Assembly: GCA_963716255.1 (NCBI GenBank)
Contig: OY970303.1
Coordinates: forward strand, 6,464,001 to 6,528,000
DNA length: 64,000 bases
Direction: 5' to 3'
DNA from: an uncultured Gemmatimonadales bacterium
Lineage (GTDB): Bacteria; Gemmatimonadota; Gemmatimonadetes; Longimicrobiales; Longimicrobiaceae
Shown: positions 18,810-31,689 of the stretch, piece by piece
Position numbering within the stretch: position 1 is the first letter of the stretch
How the letters are laid out: each line of letters starts with the position of its first letter
Notes under the pieces: generated by a model
Databases searched by the model: none
The model's input: only the letters and a program-made list of their open reading frames with translations
What the model was told of the DNA's origin: nothing
Translations under genes and position numbers: made by a program

Positions 18810-21370
18810 GCTCCCTCTTCCGCTCCCACCCGACCCGCCGCGCGCCACGGGGCGCCGGCGGGGCGACGGCCCTCGCCCTCGCCCTCCTGCTCGCCTCCTG
18901 CGACGGCAGCAACCTCTTCACCGCGCCCGTGGGGACCGGGCAGACCGGCGCCGACAACGCCGCCCCGACGGTGGAGTTCGAGTATCCCAGCCCCGACACC
19001 GTCGTCACCATCGCCCCGCTGGATTCGGTCCTCACCCGCTTCCGGGTGCGGGACAACCGCGGGGTGACGGAGGTGAAGCTTTCCGGCTTCGCGCTCCGCG
19101 GCGACGCGGCGCTGGGCACCCAGACCGCGGTGGAGCGCTTCGCCGCCAAGAGCATCCGCCTGGACTCCATCGGGCGGATCAGCAAGGACACGACGTTTAC
19201 GCGCTTCCTCCTGGCGACCTCCGACTCGCTCCCCGAGAGCCGGGTGTTCGTGGTCGCGACGGCGAAGGACAGCGCCGGCAACGTGGGCGCCGACACCGTG
19301 CAGGTCGCCATCGGCGGCCCGCGGGTGCAGGTGGTGTCGCCCGTGGCGGACTCGGCGTTCCGCGCCGGGACCGCCCTCCCCATCCGCATTTCCGCCGAGG
19401 ACCGGGCCGACCTGATCGGCTCCATCCGCGTCCGCACCACCGGCGCCTTCCAGCGCGACACCACCCTGACGCTGCGGACGCCGGAGCGGCTGGTGGACAC
19501 GACCATCGTCCTGACCATCCCCGCCGGCGCGCAGGGCAACCTGGACGTGGTCGCCACGGCGACCTCGGGGCGGCGGATCGTGGGCGAGGCGCGCCCGGTG
19601 CGGGTGCGCATCACCGCCGCCGGCGCGGACAACGTCCTGCCGCGGGTCTCCTTCACCTCGGTGGTCCCCGCCCGGCTGGAGGTCAGCGACTCGATCACCG
19701 TGACCGTGACCGGGACGGACGAGACGCGGCTGGACTCGCTGGGCGCCACGGTGGTGGCGATCCGCCGCACCGGGGTCCGCGACGACACGCTGGGCGTGCT
19801 CACGCAGAAGGTGGCGGTGGCTCCCCCCACCAACACGCGCACGCTGCGCCTGTCGCTGGACCCGCTGGGTCTCAACGGGCTGGACACCATGACGGTGGCG
19901 TTCGAGGTGGTGGCGTTCGCCAAGGACGGGGCGGGGAACTGCGCGGCGGCCACCACGCCGAACGTGGCGCAGTCGCTCGCCTGCCGGGCCGGTCCCCGCG
20001 GCGCGACGGTGGCGGCGCAGGGCGCGGGGGCGGTCACGGTGGCGTCGCTGGTCCGCGGGCGCACGATCCTCGCGCCCAACCCGGGCGACACCCTGGTGGA
20101 CCTGGTCTCCGACCGCCGCCGCGTCTACGCCTCCAACCGCTCGCGCAACCGCGTGGAGGTGCTCCCGGTGGGATCGCTCTCCTACTCGGGCTCGGTGCTG
20201 GTGGGGTCGCAGCCGTGGGGGCTCGCGATGAGCCCGGACAGCGCCACGCTGCTGGTGGCCAACAGCGGCGGCGCGGGGAGCATCTCGCAGGTCCCGGTGA
20301 GCGTCGCGGGCGTGGGCGTCGAGGACCGCGGACGGCGCATCGTCACCGACAACGTGGTCGTGTACGTGGTGCGCTTCAACATCGACGAGTCGGGGCGCAT
20401 CGACCTCACCATCACCGACCGCGACTACTCCGACCGGCCGCAGTTCCTGGCGCAGACGGCCTCCGGGCGCATCGTGTACTCCACGGTCCCCACCGCGTCG
20501 GCGCCCAACGGCACGGTGCAGGAGTACACCAACCAGGGAGCGGCCTCCTCCACCGACATCTTCGTGGAGTACGCCCGCGGCTTCGTCCCGGGCCAGTTCG
20601 TGGTGCGCCGCGCGGACAACGTCACCAAGATCATCCGCGGGAGCGGCGAGCAGGCGACGGACCAGCTGGTGATCTGCGACCACGCGCCGGGGCAGGCGCC
20701 CGGGAGCCTGTGCTTCCCCAGCAACGGGACGCAGAACCTGTCGTTCCAGCAGATCCAGGACGCGCTGACCGCCAGCGGCTCGGACGCGCTGATCGACTAC
20801 GCGGTGGACCCGGAGTTCATCGGGCTGAGCGACACGACCTTCCTGGCGGTCAGCAAGGACCACAAGACGGTCGCCGTGGGCGAGGGCCAGCGGGCGGTGG
20901 GCCGCGTGCTCGCCTTCGCGGAAAGCGCCTCGGGGAGCGTGGTGTCGATCGGCAACACCCGCGACCTGGTGAACAACGCCTCGGACCGGGTGATCGGGCT
21001 GGCGCTGAACCGCGACGGCTCGGTCGGGGTGGCGCGCGGGCAGGCCACCTACTTCTTCCGCCGCGACCTGCGCCAGCTGGGCAACCGGGTGGTGAGCGGG
21101 ACGCCCACGGGCGGCGTCACGCTGCACCCCGACCACCCCAACACCGCGCTGGCCTTCGTCTCCGGACAGGACGAAGCGGGGCGGCCCTTCGTGGACGTGG
21201 TCGACACCTTCCACTTCCAGGTGGTGCGCCGCATCTACATCCGCAACCCGGTCACCGGCTCCATGACGGCGGTGTCCACGGGGAGCGCGACGGGGGTGGT
21301 GGTGCGCCTGTACGCCATCACGGCGTCCGGGATCGTCGCCATCGACCTGACCGCGGCGGACATGCAGTAG
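18806..21370 (+). CDS. Large lipoprotein with Ig-like repeats and C-terminal beta-propeller (YncE-like)
   Basis: GTG overlapping pilQ stop; LLLASC lipobox; ATAKDSAGN / AFAKDGAGN Ig-like motifs; [26 protein letters not shown] propeller blades. Confidence 0.78.
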   Translation: MSSLFRSHPTRRAPRGAGGATALALALLLASCDGSNLFTAPVGTGQTGADNAAPTVEFEYPSPDTVVTIAPLDSVLTRFRVRDNRGVTEVKLSGFALRGDAALGTQTAVERFAAKSIRLDSIGRISKDTTFTRFLLATSDSLPESRVFVVATAKDSAGNVGADTVQVAIGGPRVQVVSPVADSAFRAGTALPIRISAEDRADLIGSIRVRTTGAFQRDTTLTLRTPERLVDTTIVLTIPAGAQGNLDVVATATSGRRIVGEARPVRVRITAAGADNVLPRVSFTSVVPARLEVSDSITVTVTGTDETRLDSLGATVVAIRRTGVRDDTLGVLTQKVAVAPPTNTRTLRLSLDPLGLNGLDTMTVAFEVVAFAKDGAGNCAAATTPNVAQSLACRAGPRGATVAAQGAGAVTVASLVRGRTILAPNPGDTLVDLVSDRRRVYASNRSRNRVEVLPVGSLSYSGSVLVGSQPWGLAMSPDSATLLVANSGGAGSISQVPVSVAGVGVEDRGRRIVTDNVVVYVVRFNIDESGRIDLTITDRDYSDRPQFLAQTASGRIVYSTVPTASAPNGTVQEYTNQGAASSTDIFVEYARGFVPGQFVVRRADNVTKIIRGSGEQATDQLVICDHAPGQAPGSLCFPSNGTQNLSFQQIQDALTASGSDALIDYAVDPEFIGLSDTTFLAVSKDHKTVAVGEGQRAVGRVLAFAESASGSVVSIGNTRDLVNNASDRVIGLALNRDGSVGVARGQATYFFRRDLRQLGNRVVSGTPTGGVTLHPDHPNTALAFVSGQDEAGRPFVDVVDTFHFQVVRRIYIRNPVTGSMTAVSTGSATGVVVRLYAITASGIVAIDLTAADMQ

Positions 21371-21482
21371 GCCGTCCGCGGGACACGCCGGGCCGCCCTC
21401 CCACGGGGGGGAAGGCCCGGAGCCCCACCCTCCGGGGGCCTGGCGCGTGCCGGGCCCCCGGTGTTTTATTGTCGGCATGACC

Positions 21483-22665
<1,183 letters not shown>

Positions 22666-22679
<14 letters not shown>

Positions 22680-23214
22680 GCCCCGCGCCAGGGCGGTGGT
22701 GCTGATGGGCCTGATGTGCTCCGGAAAGAGCACGGTGGCCGTGGAGCTGGCCCGGCGGCTGGGATGGGAGCACGTGGACCTGGACCGGATGATCGAGGCG
22801 CGGGAGGGGCGCACGATCCCGGAGATCTTCCGGGTGTACGGAGAGGCCCGGTTCCGGGCGCTGGAGGCCGAGGCGACGGCGGAGGTGGCGGCGCGGGCGG
22901 GCGTCGTGCTGGCCCCCGGCGGCGGGTGGATCACCAACCCCGCCCTGCTGGAGCGGCTCGGGCCGGGGACGCTCGCCGTGTGGCTGCAGGTTTCCCCCGA
23001 GACCGTCCTCGCCCGCGCCGGGCCCGGGCGCCCAGGGCGCCCCCTGCTGGACGTCCCGGACCCGCTCGCCGCGGTCCGGCGCCTCCTGGCCGAGCGGGAG
23101 CCGCTCTACCGGCTCGCCGGCTTCGCCGTGTCCACCGACGCGCTGGACGCGGCTTCCGTCGCCTCCCTGATCGAGAACGAGATCCGCACGCGCGGTGCCG
23201 TCCCCCGCGGGTGA
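22666..23214 (+). CDS. aroK: Shikimate kinase
   Basis: [37 protein letters not shown]. Confidence 0.92.
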
Positions 23215-23237
23215 CTCGACACGCAACAACCGAAAGC

Positions 23238-25979
23238 ATGGCATCCACGCAGAAGAAGCGCCTGGTGGTGGTGGAGTCCCCCACCAAGGCGAAGACGATC
23301 CGCAGCTTCCTCCCCGACGGGTACCTCGTCGCGGCCTCCATGGGGCACGTGCGCGACCTCCCCGAGTCGGCCGCCGAGATCCCCGCCTCCGTCAAGGGCA
23401 AGGACTGGGCGCGGCTGGGGGTGGACGTGGAGCACGACTTCGAGCCGCTGTACGTGGTCCCCGCCTCCAAGCGCAAGGTGGTGAGCGAGCTCAAGGCCAT
23501 GCTCCGCGGCGTGGACGAGCTGGTGGTCGCCACCGACGAAGACCGCGAGGGGGAGAGCATCGGCTGGCACCTGGTGCAGGTGCTGGCCCCGCGGGTTCCC
23601 ATCAGCCGCATCGTCTTCCACGAGATCACCCCCGAGGCGATCCGCGAGGCGATCCGCTCGCCGCGCCAGATCGACGAGCACCTGGTGCGGGCGCAGGAGA
23701 CGCGGCGCATCCTGGACCGGCTGGTGGGCTACACCCTGTCGCCGCTGCTCTGGAAGAAGATCGCGGGCGGCCTTTCCGCCGGGCGCGTGCAGTCGGTGGC
23801 GGTGCGGCTGCTGGTGCAGCGCGAGCGCGAGCGCCGGGCCTTCCGCTCCGCCACCTACTGGGACCTCAAGGCCCACCTCGCCAAGGAGGCCGCGGCGTTC
23901 ACGGCCACCATGGTGTCGCTGGCCGGCAAGCGCCTGGCCACCGGCAAGGACTTCGACGAGACCACCGGCCGGCTGCGCGCCGACCGCGAGGTGGTGCTCC
24001 TGGGCGAGGCCGAGGCCCGCGCCCTCCGCGAGCGCCTGCAGGGCGTGCCCTGGCGGGTGACGGACACGGAGGAGAAGCCGGCCGTGCGCCGGCCGTACCC
24101 GCCGTTCACCACCTCCACGTTGCAGCAGGAGGCAAACCGCAAGCTGCGCCTTTCCTCGCGCGACACCATGCGCATCGCGCAGCGGCTTTACGAGGAGGGG
24201 TACATCACCTACATGCGGACGGACTCCGTCCACCTGTCGGAGCAGGCGATCACCGCGGCGCGCGGACGGATCCGCGCCAGCTACGGCCCCGAGTACCTGA
24301 GCCCGCAGCCGCGGCAGTTCACCACCAAGAGCAAGGGCGCCCAGGAGGCGCACGAGGCCATCCGCCCCGCCGGCACCGAGATGCGTACGGCGGACGAGCT
24401 GCGCCTGACCGGGACCGACCGGGCGCTGTACGACCTGATCTGGAAGCGCACGGTCGCCAGCCAGATGGCGGACGCGCGCCTCACCTTTCTCACGGTGCAG
24501 ATCCAGGCCGACGACGCCGTGTTCCGCGCCTCGGGGCGCCGCATCGAGTTCCCCGGCTTCTTCCGCGCCTACGTGGAGGGCTCGGACGACCCGGAGGCGG
24601 CGCTGGAGGACCGCGAGGAGCCGCTTCCGCCGCTGTCGAAGGGCGACGCGCTGCGGCTGCGCGAGCTGGAGGCGCTGGGCCACGAGACGCAGCCCCCCGC
24701 CCGCTACACCGAGGCGACGCTGGTGAAGACGCTGGAGGCCGAGGGGATCGGCCGGCCCAGCACCTACGCCAGCATCATCGGCACCATCGTGGACCGTGGC
24801 TACTCCGAGCGCAGGGACAACCAGCTGGTCCCCACCTTCACCGCCTTCGCGGTGACGGAGCTCCTGGAGCGGCACTTCAACACGCTGGTGGACACCCGCT
24901 TCACGGCGCGCATGGAGGAGCAGCTGGACGAGATCGCCGAGGGCGACGCCGCCTGGCTCCCCTACCTGCGCGAGTTCTTCAGCGGCCCCGACGGGCTGGA
25001 GGAAAAGGTGCGGGCGGGGCAGGAGAGCATCGACCCGCGCGAAGCGTCCACGGTGCGGCTCCAGGACCTGGAGGCACGCGTGCGCATCGGCAAGTTCGGC
25101 GCGTTCATCGAGTCGGGCGACGGCGACGCCGCCGTGACCGCCACCCTCCCCGAGGGGCTGGCTCCCGCCGACCTGTCGGAGGCGCAGGTGCAGTCGCTGG
25201 TGCGCGCCAAGACCGAGGGGCCGGACAGCCTGGGGACCCACCCGGTGAGCGGCGAGCCCATCTACGTGATGAACGGGCGCTTCGGACCGTACGTGCAGCT
25301 GGGGCTGGCGACCGACGGCAACCCCAAGCCCAAGCGCGCCTCGCTCCCCAAGGGGATGAGCCCGGACCGGGCGACGCTGGAGATCGCGGTGCGCCTCCTG
25401 GCGCTTCCGCGGACGCTGGGGACGCACCCCGAGAGCGGCAAGGAGGTGCAGGCCAACGTGGGGCGCTTCGGCCCGTACGTGGTGCACGAGGGCGACTTCC
25501 GCTCCATCCCCAAGGGCGAGGACGTGTACACCATCGGCCTGGAGCGCGCGCTGGAGATCCTGGCGCAGCCCAAGGCCGGGAAGCGCACCGCCGCCGCGCC
25601 GCTGCGCGAGCTGGGGCCGCACCCGGTGGACGGGGAGCCGGTGGTGATCATGGAGGGGCGCTACGGCCCCTACGCCAAGCACGGCTCCACGAACGCATCG
25701 CTCCCCAAGGGTGTAGAGGTGGACGAAGTGCTCATGGAGCAGGTGGTGGAGCTGCTCAAGGAGCGCGCGGCGACGGCCAAGAAGCCGCCACGCGGCCGCG
25801 GCGCGCCGGCCCGCAAGGGCCCCGCGAAGTCCGCGGCGAAGAGCACGAAGGCGCCGGGCGAGGCCGCCCCGAAGAAGGCACCGGCCCGGAAGTCGACCAC
25901 CAAGAAGTCCGCCGTCGCCAAGTCGGCCGCCAAGAAGTCGGTGGCCAAGAAGTCGACGCGGCGGCCCAGGCCGTCCTGA
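23238..25979 (+). CDS. topA: DNA topoisomerase I with C-terminal repeats and Lys-rich tail
   Basis: [48 protein letters not shown], repeated GRFGPYV. Confidence 0.96.
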   Translation: MASTQKKRLVVVESPTKAKTIRSFLPDGYLVAASMGHVRDLPESAAEIPASVKGKDWARLGVDVEHDFEPLYVVPASKRKVVSELKAMLRGVDELVVATDEDREGESIGWHLVQVLAPRVPISRIVFHEITPEAIREAIRSPRQIDEHLVRAQETRRILDRLVGYTLSPLLWKKIAGGLSAGRVQSVAVRLLVQRERERRAFRSATYWDLKAHLAKEAAAFTATMVSLAGKRLATGKDFDETTGRLRADREVVLLGEAEARALRERLQGVPWRVTDTEEKPAVRRPYPPFTTSTLQQEANRKLRLSSRDTMRIAQRLYEEGYITYMRTDSVHLSEQAITAARGRIRASYGPEYLSPQPRQFTTKSKGAQEAHEAIRPAGTEMRTADELRLTGTDRALYDLIWKRTVASQMADARLTFLTVQIQADDAVFRASGRRIEFPGFFRAYVEGSDDPEAALEDREEPLPPLSKGDALRLRELEALGHETQPPARYTEATLVKTLEAEGIGRPSTYASIIGTIVDRGYSERRDNQLVPTFTAFAVTELLERHFNTLVDTRFTARMEEQLDEIAEGDAAWLPYLREFFSGPDGLEEKVRAGQESIDPREASTVRLQDLEARVRIGKFGAFIESGDGDAAVTATLPEGLAPADLSEAQVQSLVRAKTEGPDSLGTHPVSGEPIYVMNGRFGPYVQLGLATDGNPKPKRASLPKGMSPDRATLEIAVRLLALPRTLGTHPESGKEVQANVGRFGPYVVHEGDFRSIPKGEDVYTIGLERALEILAQPKAGKRTAAAPLRELGPHPVDGEPVVIMEGRYGPYAKHGSTNASLPKGVEVDEVLMEQVVELLKERAATAKKPPRGRGAPARKGPAKSAAKSTKAPGEAAPKKAPARKSTTKKSAVAKSAAKKSVAKKSTRRPRPS

Positions 25980-26005
25980 ACGAGCGGGAGCGAGGAGGAG
26001 AGCGG

Positions 26006-27358
26006 ATGGCGAAGGTCACGGTGGTGGGAGGCGGGCTCGCGGGCTCGGAGGCGGCGTACCAGCTCGCGGAGCGCGGCCACGACGTGGTGCTCCACGAGAT
26101 GCGTCCCGTCTGCGGCACCCCGGCGCACCAGACGGAGCTGCTGGGGGAGATCGTCTGCTCCAACACCTTCAAGTCGGAGGACCCGCAGAACGCGCACGGC
26201 CTGCTCAAGCTGGAGATGGACGCCCTGGGCGCCGGCGGCTCGCTGCTGCTGGCGTGCGCCCGCGAGGCGCGCATTCCCGGCGGCACCGCGCTCACCGTGG
26301 ACCGCCGCGAGTTCGCCGAGCGGATGACCGCGGCCGTCCAGGGGCACCCGCGCATCGCGGTGGTCCGCGGCGAGGTGCGCGAGCTCCCCGAGGGCCCCGC
26401 CATCGTCGCCACAGGCCCGCTCACCTCCGACGCGCTCTCGCACTCCATCCGCGGCGCCCTGGGCGACGAGGGGCTGGCCTTCTTCGACGCCATCGCCCCC
26501 GTGGTGGCCGCGGACTCCATCGACCGCGACGTCGTCTTCGCCGCGTCGCGCTGGGGCAAGGGCGAGGAGGCCCAGGGCGACTACCTCAACGCGCCCATGA
26601 CCAAGGAGCAGTACGAGGCCTTCGTGGAGGCGCTGAAGGGGGGCGAGGAGCACGCCGGGCACGACTGGGAGAATGTCCCCTACTTCGAGGGGTGCCTCCC
26701 CATCGAGGTCATGGCCCACCGCGGCGTGGAAACGCTGCGCTTCGGGCCCATGAAGCCCATCGGGCTGCCGGTGCCGCAGTGGGACGGGAAGCGCGCCTGG
26801 GCGATCGTGCAGCTGCGCCGCGAGGACCGCGCCGGGAACCTGTGGAACCTGGTGGGCTTCCAGACGCGGCTGCGCATCCCCGAGCAGAAGCGCATCTTCC
26901 GCATGATCCCGGGGCTGGAGGAGGCCGAGTTCCTGCGCTGGGGCTCCATCCACCGCAACACCTACCTCAACTTCCCCGCGCGCCTCAGCGCGCACGGCTC
27001 GCTGCGCGACCGCCCGGAGCTGGTGTTCGCCGGGCAGATCACGGGGGTCGAGGGGTACACCGAATCCACCGCCACCGGGATCCTGGCCGCCGTGAACCTG
27101 GACCGCATCGTCCGCGGCCTGGACCCCGTCGTCCCCCCGCCCACGACCATGCTGGGCGGGCTGCTGCGCTACCTGCGCGACTCCGACCCGGCCCACTTCG
27201 CGCCCATGAACTCCAACTTCGGGCTGCTGGACCCGCTGGAGGAGCCGGTGCGCGACAAGGTGCGCAAGCGGGCCCTGCTGGCCGAGCGCGCCCGGGCCCA
27301 TTTCGCCGCGTGGATGGAGGCGAGCGGCATAGAGGTGCCGGCCGGGGCCGCGCGGTGA
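26006..27358 (+). CDS. trmFO: tRNA (uracil-5-)-methyltransferase TrmFO
   Basis: VVGGGLAGSEAA, EIVCSNTF, FFDAIAP, FEGCLPIE, LRFGPMKP, HRNTY, GVEGY, PMNSNFG. Confidence 0.95.
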   Translation: MAKVTVVGGGLAGSEAAYQLAERGHDVVLHEMRPVCGTPAHQTELLGEIVCSNTFKSEDPQNAHGLLKLEMDALGAGGSLLLACAREARIPGGTALTVDRREFAERMTAAVQGHPRIAVVRGEVRELPEGPAIVATGPLTSDALSHSIRGALGDEGLAFFDAIAPVVAADSIDRDVVFAASRWGKGEEAQGDYLNAPMTKEQYEAFVEALKGGEEHAGHDWENVPYFEGCLPIEVMAHRGVETLRFGPMKPIGLPVPQWDGKRAWAIVQLRREDRAGNLWNLVGFQTRLRIPEQKRIFRMIPGLEEAEFLRWGSIHRNTYLNFPARLSAHGSLRDRPELVFAGQITGVEGYTESTATGILAAVNLDRIVRGLDPVVPPPTTMLGGLLRYLRDSDPAHFAPMNSNFGLLDPLEEPVRDKVRKRALLAERARAHFAAWMEASGIEVPAGAAR

Positions 27359-28359
27359 GCGGGCGCCCCCGCAGGAACAAGGAGCCCCCCGCCCCCGCGC
27401 GGGCGGCCGCACACGCCGACGAGACCGCCGCGCCCCCGCCGAGGGACGAGGCGGTCGCCGCTTTCCTGCGCTACGTGGGCGGGGAGCGTCAGCTGTCCCC
27501 GCGGACGCTGCGCGCCTACACGGACGACCTGCGCGAGTTCGAGGCGTTCCTGACCACCTACTACGGCACGCCGGAGTGGACGTGGGGCGGCATCGACCGG
27601 CTCACCATCCGCTCCTTCATGGGCGACTGCGTGGGGCGGCGCGGGCTGGCGAAGCGGTCGGTGGCGCGCAAGCTGTCGGCCGTGCGCTCCCTGTTCCGCT
27701 TCCTGCACGTGGAGGGCTTGGTGGAGGCGAACCCCGCCCGCTCCGTGCGCTCCCCTAAGCGCGAGCGCACGCTCCCCGGCTTCCTCACGCGGGAGCAGAT
27801 GGACACGGTGATCGAGTACGCCGAGGCGCGCGCCGACCACGGCACCCTCCTGGGGCTGCGCGACCTGGCGATCGTCGAGCTGTTCTACGGCACCGGCATG
27901 CGCCTTTCCGAGCTGCACGCCCTGGACCTGGCCGACCTGGACCTGGTGACCGAGCGGGCGCGGGTGATGGGCAAGGGTCGCAAGGAGCGCATCGTCCCGC
28001 TGGGGCGCATGGCGATCGCCGCGCTGCGCCGCTACTACGAGGTGCGCGACGCCCGGACGCAGGACACCCCCGGCGCCGACCCGCGGGCGGTGTTCGTGGG
28101 GCAGACCGGGCGCAGGCTCTCCGCCCGCCAGATCCAGAACGTGATCGGAAAGCTGCTGGAGGGCGTCTCGGAGGACTCCGGCATCTCCACCCACTCGCTG
28201 CGGCACACCTTCGCCACGCACCTGGTGGACGCCGGGGCCGACCTGGTGGCCGTCAAGGAGCTGCTGGGCCACGCGAGCCTGAGCACCACGCAGATCTACA
28301 CGCACACGTCCCGGGAGCGGCTCAAGGCGGTGTACCGCCAGGCGCACCCCCGGGCTTAG
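27355..28359 (+). CDS. xerC: Tyrosine recombinase XerC
   Basis: [47 protein letters not shown]; synteny with hslVU. Confidence 0.9.
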   Translation: MSGRPRRNKEPPAPARAAAHADETAAPPPRDEAVAAFLRYVGGERQLSPRTLRAYTDDLREFEAFLTTYYGTPEWTWGGIDRLTIRSFMGDCVGRRGLAKRSVARKLSAVRSLFRFLHVEGLVEANPARSVRSPKRERTLPGFLTREQMDTVIEYAEARADHGTLLGLRDLAIVELFYGTGMRLSELHALDLADLDLVTERARVMGKGRKERIVPLGRMAIAALRRYYEVRDARTQDTPGADPRAVFVGQTGRRLSARQIQNVIGKLLEGVSEDSGISTHSLRHTFATHLVDAGADLVAVKELLGHASLSTTQIYTHTSRERLKAVYRQAHPRA

Positions 28360-28378
28360 AGAACCTGGACACGACCGA

Positions 28379-28924
28379 ATGAGCATACCCACCTTCCACG
28401 CCACCACCATCCTCGCCGTGCGGCGCGACGGCAAGCTCGCCCTGGGCGGGGACGGGCAGGTCACCATGGGCGAGACGGTGATGAAGGGCTCCGCCCAGAA
28501 GGTCCGCAAGATCAAGGACGGCAAGGTGCTGGCGGGGTTCGCCGGCTCCGTGGCGGACGCCTTCACCCTGTTCGAGAAGTTCGAGGAGAAGCTGGAGCGC
28601 TACCCCGGAAACCTGTCGCGCGCGTCGGTGGAGCTGGCCAAGGAGTGGCGCTCCGACCGCTACCTGCGGCGCCTGGAGGCTCTCCTCGCCGTCGCCGACC
28701 GGCAGCAGATGTACCTGCTCTCCGGCACCGGCGAGGTGATCGCCCCCGACGACGACATCGTCGCCATCGGCTCCGGGGGCTCGTACGCCCTGGCGGCGGC
28801 GCGGGCGCTCAAGGCCCACTCTCCCCTCCCCGCCGCCGACATCGTGCGGCGCGGCCTGGAGATCGCGGGGGAGATCTGCATCTACACCAACCAGAACATC
28901 ACCGTCCTCGAGCTGGAGGACTGA
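28379..28924 (+). CDS. hslV: ATP-dependent protease subunit HslV
   Basis: [37 protein letters not shown]. Confidence 0.96.
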   Translation: MSIPTFHATTILAVRRDGKLALGGDGQVTMGETVMKGSAQKVRKIKDGKVLAGFAGSVADAFTLFEKFEEKLERYPGNLSRASVELAKEWRSDRYLRRLEALLAVADRQQMYLLSGTGEVIAPDDDIVAIGSGGSYALAAARALKAHSPLPAADIVRRGLEIAGEICIYTNQNITVLELED

Positions 28925-28932
28925 CCGGAAAG

Positions 28933-30489
28933 ATGAGCGAAGACGCCAAGCAGGAGACGCCGGAGACGCCGGAGACGCCGGAGACCCAGCCGGAGGCCAA
29001 GCCCGAGGAGGAGCTCTGGCTGGACGAGATGACCCCGCGCCAGATCGTCGCCGAGCTGGACAAGTACATCGTGGGGCAGGAGGCCGCCAAGAAGTCGGTG
29101 GCCATCGCGCTCCGCAACCGCTGGCGGCGCCAGCGCGTGGACGAGGACCTGCGCGAGGAGATCCTTCCCAACAACATCATCATGATCGGGCCCACGGGCG
29201 TGGGGAAGACGGAGATCGCCCGTCGCCTGGCCCGGCTTGCCGGGGCGCCGTTCGTCAAGGTGGAGGCCTCCAAGTTCACCGAGGTGGGCTACGTGGGGCG
29301 CGACGTGGAGTCCATGGTGCGCGACCTGGTGGACATGGCCATCAACATGGTCCGCACCGAGCGCGAGGACGAGGTGCAGGAGGTGGCCGAGCAGCGGGTG
29401 GAAGACCGTCTCCTGGACCTGCTCATCCCCCCCGTGCAGGACGGGGCCAGGCCGCCCGATTCCGCGGCCACCCTGGAGCAGAGGCTGCGCGCCTTCGTCG
29501 TGTCCCCCACGGGGCAGGTGGAGGACCGCCGCCCCGCCACCGACGCCAAGGGCGACGCCAGGCCCGAGACGCCGGAGAACGGCGAGGACCAGGAAACCCG
29601 CGAGCGCCGGGAGCGCACCCGCGAAAAGTTCCGCCAGCTGCTCCGCGACGAGAAGCTGGAGGACCGCGAAGTCGAAGTGGAGGTGCAGCAGAGCTTCCCC
29701 ATGGAGAACATGATGGTGCCGCTGGGCGGCGGGGAAGGGATGGGCGACTTCACCGAGATGCTCCAGGACTTCCTCCCCAAGCGCACCAAGCGCCGCCGCG
29801 TCACCGTGGCCGAGGCGCGCCGCATCCTCCTCCAGGACGAGCTGGACAAGCTGGTCAACATGGACGAGGTGGTGGACGAGGCGCTGGAGCGCGCCGAGCA
29901 GATGGGAATCGTGTTCCTGGACGAGATCGACAAGATCGCCGGGGAGCGGGGCGGGGCGGGGGGGCCGGACGTGTCGCGCGAGGGCGTGCAGCGCGACCTC
30001 CTCCCCATCGTGGAGGGCTCCACCGTGCAGACCAAGTACGGCATGGTGAGGACCGACCACATGCTCTTCATCGCGGCCGGCGCCTTCCACGTGTCCAAGC
30101 CCTCGGACCTGATCCCCGAGCTGCAGGGGCGCTTCCCCATCCGGGTGGAGCTCACCAACCTCACGGAGCGCGACTTCGTCCGCATCCTGCGCGAGCCCAA
30201 GAACGCCCTGCTCACCCAGTACCGCGCCCTGGTCGCGGCGGAGGGCGCCACGCTGGAGTTCACCGACGAGGGAGTGGAGGCCATCGCCCGCACGGCGGCC
30301 ACGGTCAACGACCGCATGGAGAACATCGGGGCGCGGCGGCTGCACACCGTGCTGACCACGCTGCTGGAAGAGATCCTCTTCGACCTCCCCGACGCCACGG
30401 AAAAGAACATCGTCATCGACGCCGACACCGTGGGCGACCGGCTCAAGGCGATCGTGGAGGACGAGGACCTGCGGCGGTACATCCTTTAA
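28933..30489 (+). CDS. hslU: ATP-dependent protease ATPase subunit HslU
   Basis: MTPRQIV, GPTGVGKTEIARR, GYVGRDVES, DEIDKI, ENIGARRL, DLRRYIL. Confidence 0.96.
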   Translation: MSEDAKQETPETPETPETQPEAKPEEELWLDEMTPRQIVAELDKYIVGQEAAKKSVAIALRNRWRRQRVDEDLREEILPNNIIMIGPTGVGKTEIARRLARLAGAPFVKVEASKFTEVGYVGRDVESMVRDLVDMAINMVRTEREDEVQEVAEQRVEDRLLDLLIPPVQDGARPPDSAATLEQRLRAFVVSPTGQVEDRRPATDAKGDARPETPENGEDQETRERRERTREKFRQLLRDEKLEDREVEVEVQQSFPMENMMVPLGGGEGMGDFTEMLQDFLPKRTKRRRVTVAEARRILLQDELDKLVNMDEVVDEALERAEQMGIVFLDEIDKIAGERGGAGGPDVSREGVQRDLLPIVEGSTVQTKYGMVRTDHMLFIAAGAFHVSKPSDLIPELQGRFPIRVELTNLTERDFVRILREPKNALLTQYRALVAAEGATLEFTDEGVEAIARTAATVNDRMENIGARRLHTVLTTLLEEILFDLPDATEKNIVIDADTVGDRLKAIVEDEDLRRYIL

Positions 30490-30505
30490 AGACAACAGCC
30501 GGTTT

Positions 30506-30730
30506 GGGCGTGCCCCCGGCTGGCGCCGGGGTCGGGCTTCGGCTCCGTAGCAGACGAAACGACCGTCTGCAACGGAGTCGAGCCCCGGCGGAAACAGCCC
30601 CGCCGGGTCTCGCCCCTTCGGGCCGAAATCCCTCACGCGGGGGTGGCGCTGGCGTCCGCGAGGGGCCCCCACCCGGCTCGCTTTAGGCTCGCACGGCTTG
30701 CCCCCTATGTCCCCCAATTCTGGGGGAGGG
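30506..30730 (+). repeat. Structured dispersed element copy 2 (core 30506-30638)
   Basis: Near-identical core to 9812 with covarying internal stems. Confidence 0.85.
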
Positions 30731-30763
30731 CTTCCCGACCCTGGAGTTCCGACGTGTCGTTCA

Positions 30764-30856
30764 CCCCCTCTACCCTTGTGGGAGAGGGGGCCGGGGGATG
30801 AGGGGTGCCGTCGTCGTTCTCTCCTCCCCCTTGCGGGGAGGGGCCGGGGGAGGGGT
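30764..30856. repeat. Two REP-like palindromic units (CCCCCGGCCCCCTCTCCC...GGGAGAGGGG family)
   Basis: cccctctacccttgtgggagagggggccggggg and ctcccccttgcggggaggggccggggg; related units at 35557-35670 and 57243-57282. Confidence 0.7.
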
Positions 30857-30881
30857 TCGCCGTAGAATCCGGCAGACATGG

Positions 30882-30919
30882 AAAAGGGCCCCCGCTCGGT
30901 CGAGCAGGGGCCCTTCTTT
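30882..30919. terminator. Probable bidirectional intrinsic terminator
   Basis: aaaagggcccc-gctcggtcgagc-aggggcccttcttt between convergent genes. Confidence 0.6.
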
Positions 30920-30958
30920 CCGTCGTTCCTCCGGCCTTCGGCGTGGCCGGCGGCCGCG

Positions 30959-31384
30959 TCAGTCCGGGAAGGTCACCGAGTGCGCGGTCTGCTCCGTGGG
31001 GCCGGCGCCGGTGATCAGCTCCACGATCGCGGACATCTCGGACCCCATGCGGTCCAGCCGGTCCAGGACGACGCGCGAGTGGGCGTAGTCGAAGTAGGTG
31101 TTGATGGCCTGCTCGTCGCCCGGGCCGAGCTGGATGATCCGGTCGTCCAGCTGGCCGCGCAGCTCCTCGCAGATCGCGAAGACGGCCGTGCGGACCTGCT
31201 GCTGCTCGGCGAGGGAGGTGAGGCTCATGTCGCCGGTGAGGCGCGGGCGGAGCAGCTCGACGAGCGCCATCGCTTCCGCGGGCGCCGCCACCGCGGATCC
31301 CGAGGCGGCCACCGTCGCCCCCAGCACCATCTCGGCGCCGGAGGCGAGGGCTCGGAGCTCCTCGAAGTTGCAGTGCAGGATCAC
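30959..31384 (-). CDS. Hypothetical protein (141 aa)
   Basis: GGAGG RBS then GTG: MILHCNFEELRALASGAEMVL...; host-like codon usage. Confidence 0.75.
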   Translation of the reverse strand: MILHCNFEELRALASGAEMVLGATVAASGSAVAAPAEAMALVELLRPRLTGDMSLTSLAEQQQVRTAVFAICEELRGQLDDRIIQLGPGDEQAINTYFDYAHSRVVLDRLDRMGSEMSAIVELITGAGPTEQTAHSVTFPD

Positions 31385-31689
31385 GGTGCCTCCATTGATC
31401 GGTACGCCCGCACGATTAGCAAGCGCTGGGCCAATGTCCGATACCCTCGACAGGCCCGTGTGTTTCCCCGAAACGTCGGCCTGGAGCGGGGTTCTTTGCG
31501 GGGGAGCCGGGCGGAATGCGAGGAGGCGGAGCGCTCCGCGCCGGGTGGGATTGTGTCGTCCGTGGGACAGGGGGTGTCGCACCCCCGGGGCACCTGGTTC
31601 AATATTCGTCCAACCTCGCGGACGACGCAAGTGCCGCGACGGCCGCGTCGGATCGGCGCCCTTCCGGGACGCCCGCGCCCCGCGCGCGC

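Noticed and set aside
17666..21370. Long ORF-track N-terminal extensions (also 23195-27358, 26254-28359, 30959-32701, 31690-33519)
   Set aside because: They overlap established upstream genes in other frames; starts were trimmed to motif- and RBS-supported positions.
27355..28359. Tyrosine recombinase as a phage or island integrase
   Set aside because: Housekeeping trmFO-xerC-hslVU context; no att sites or mobile genes nearby.
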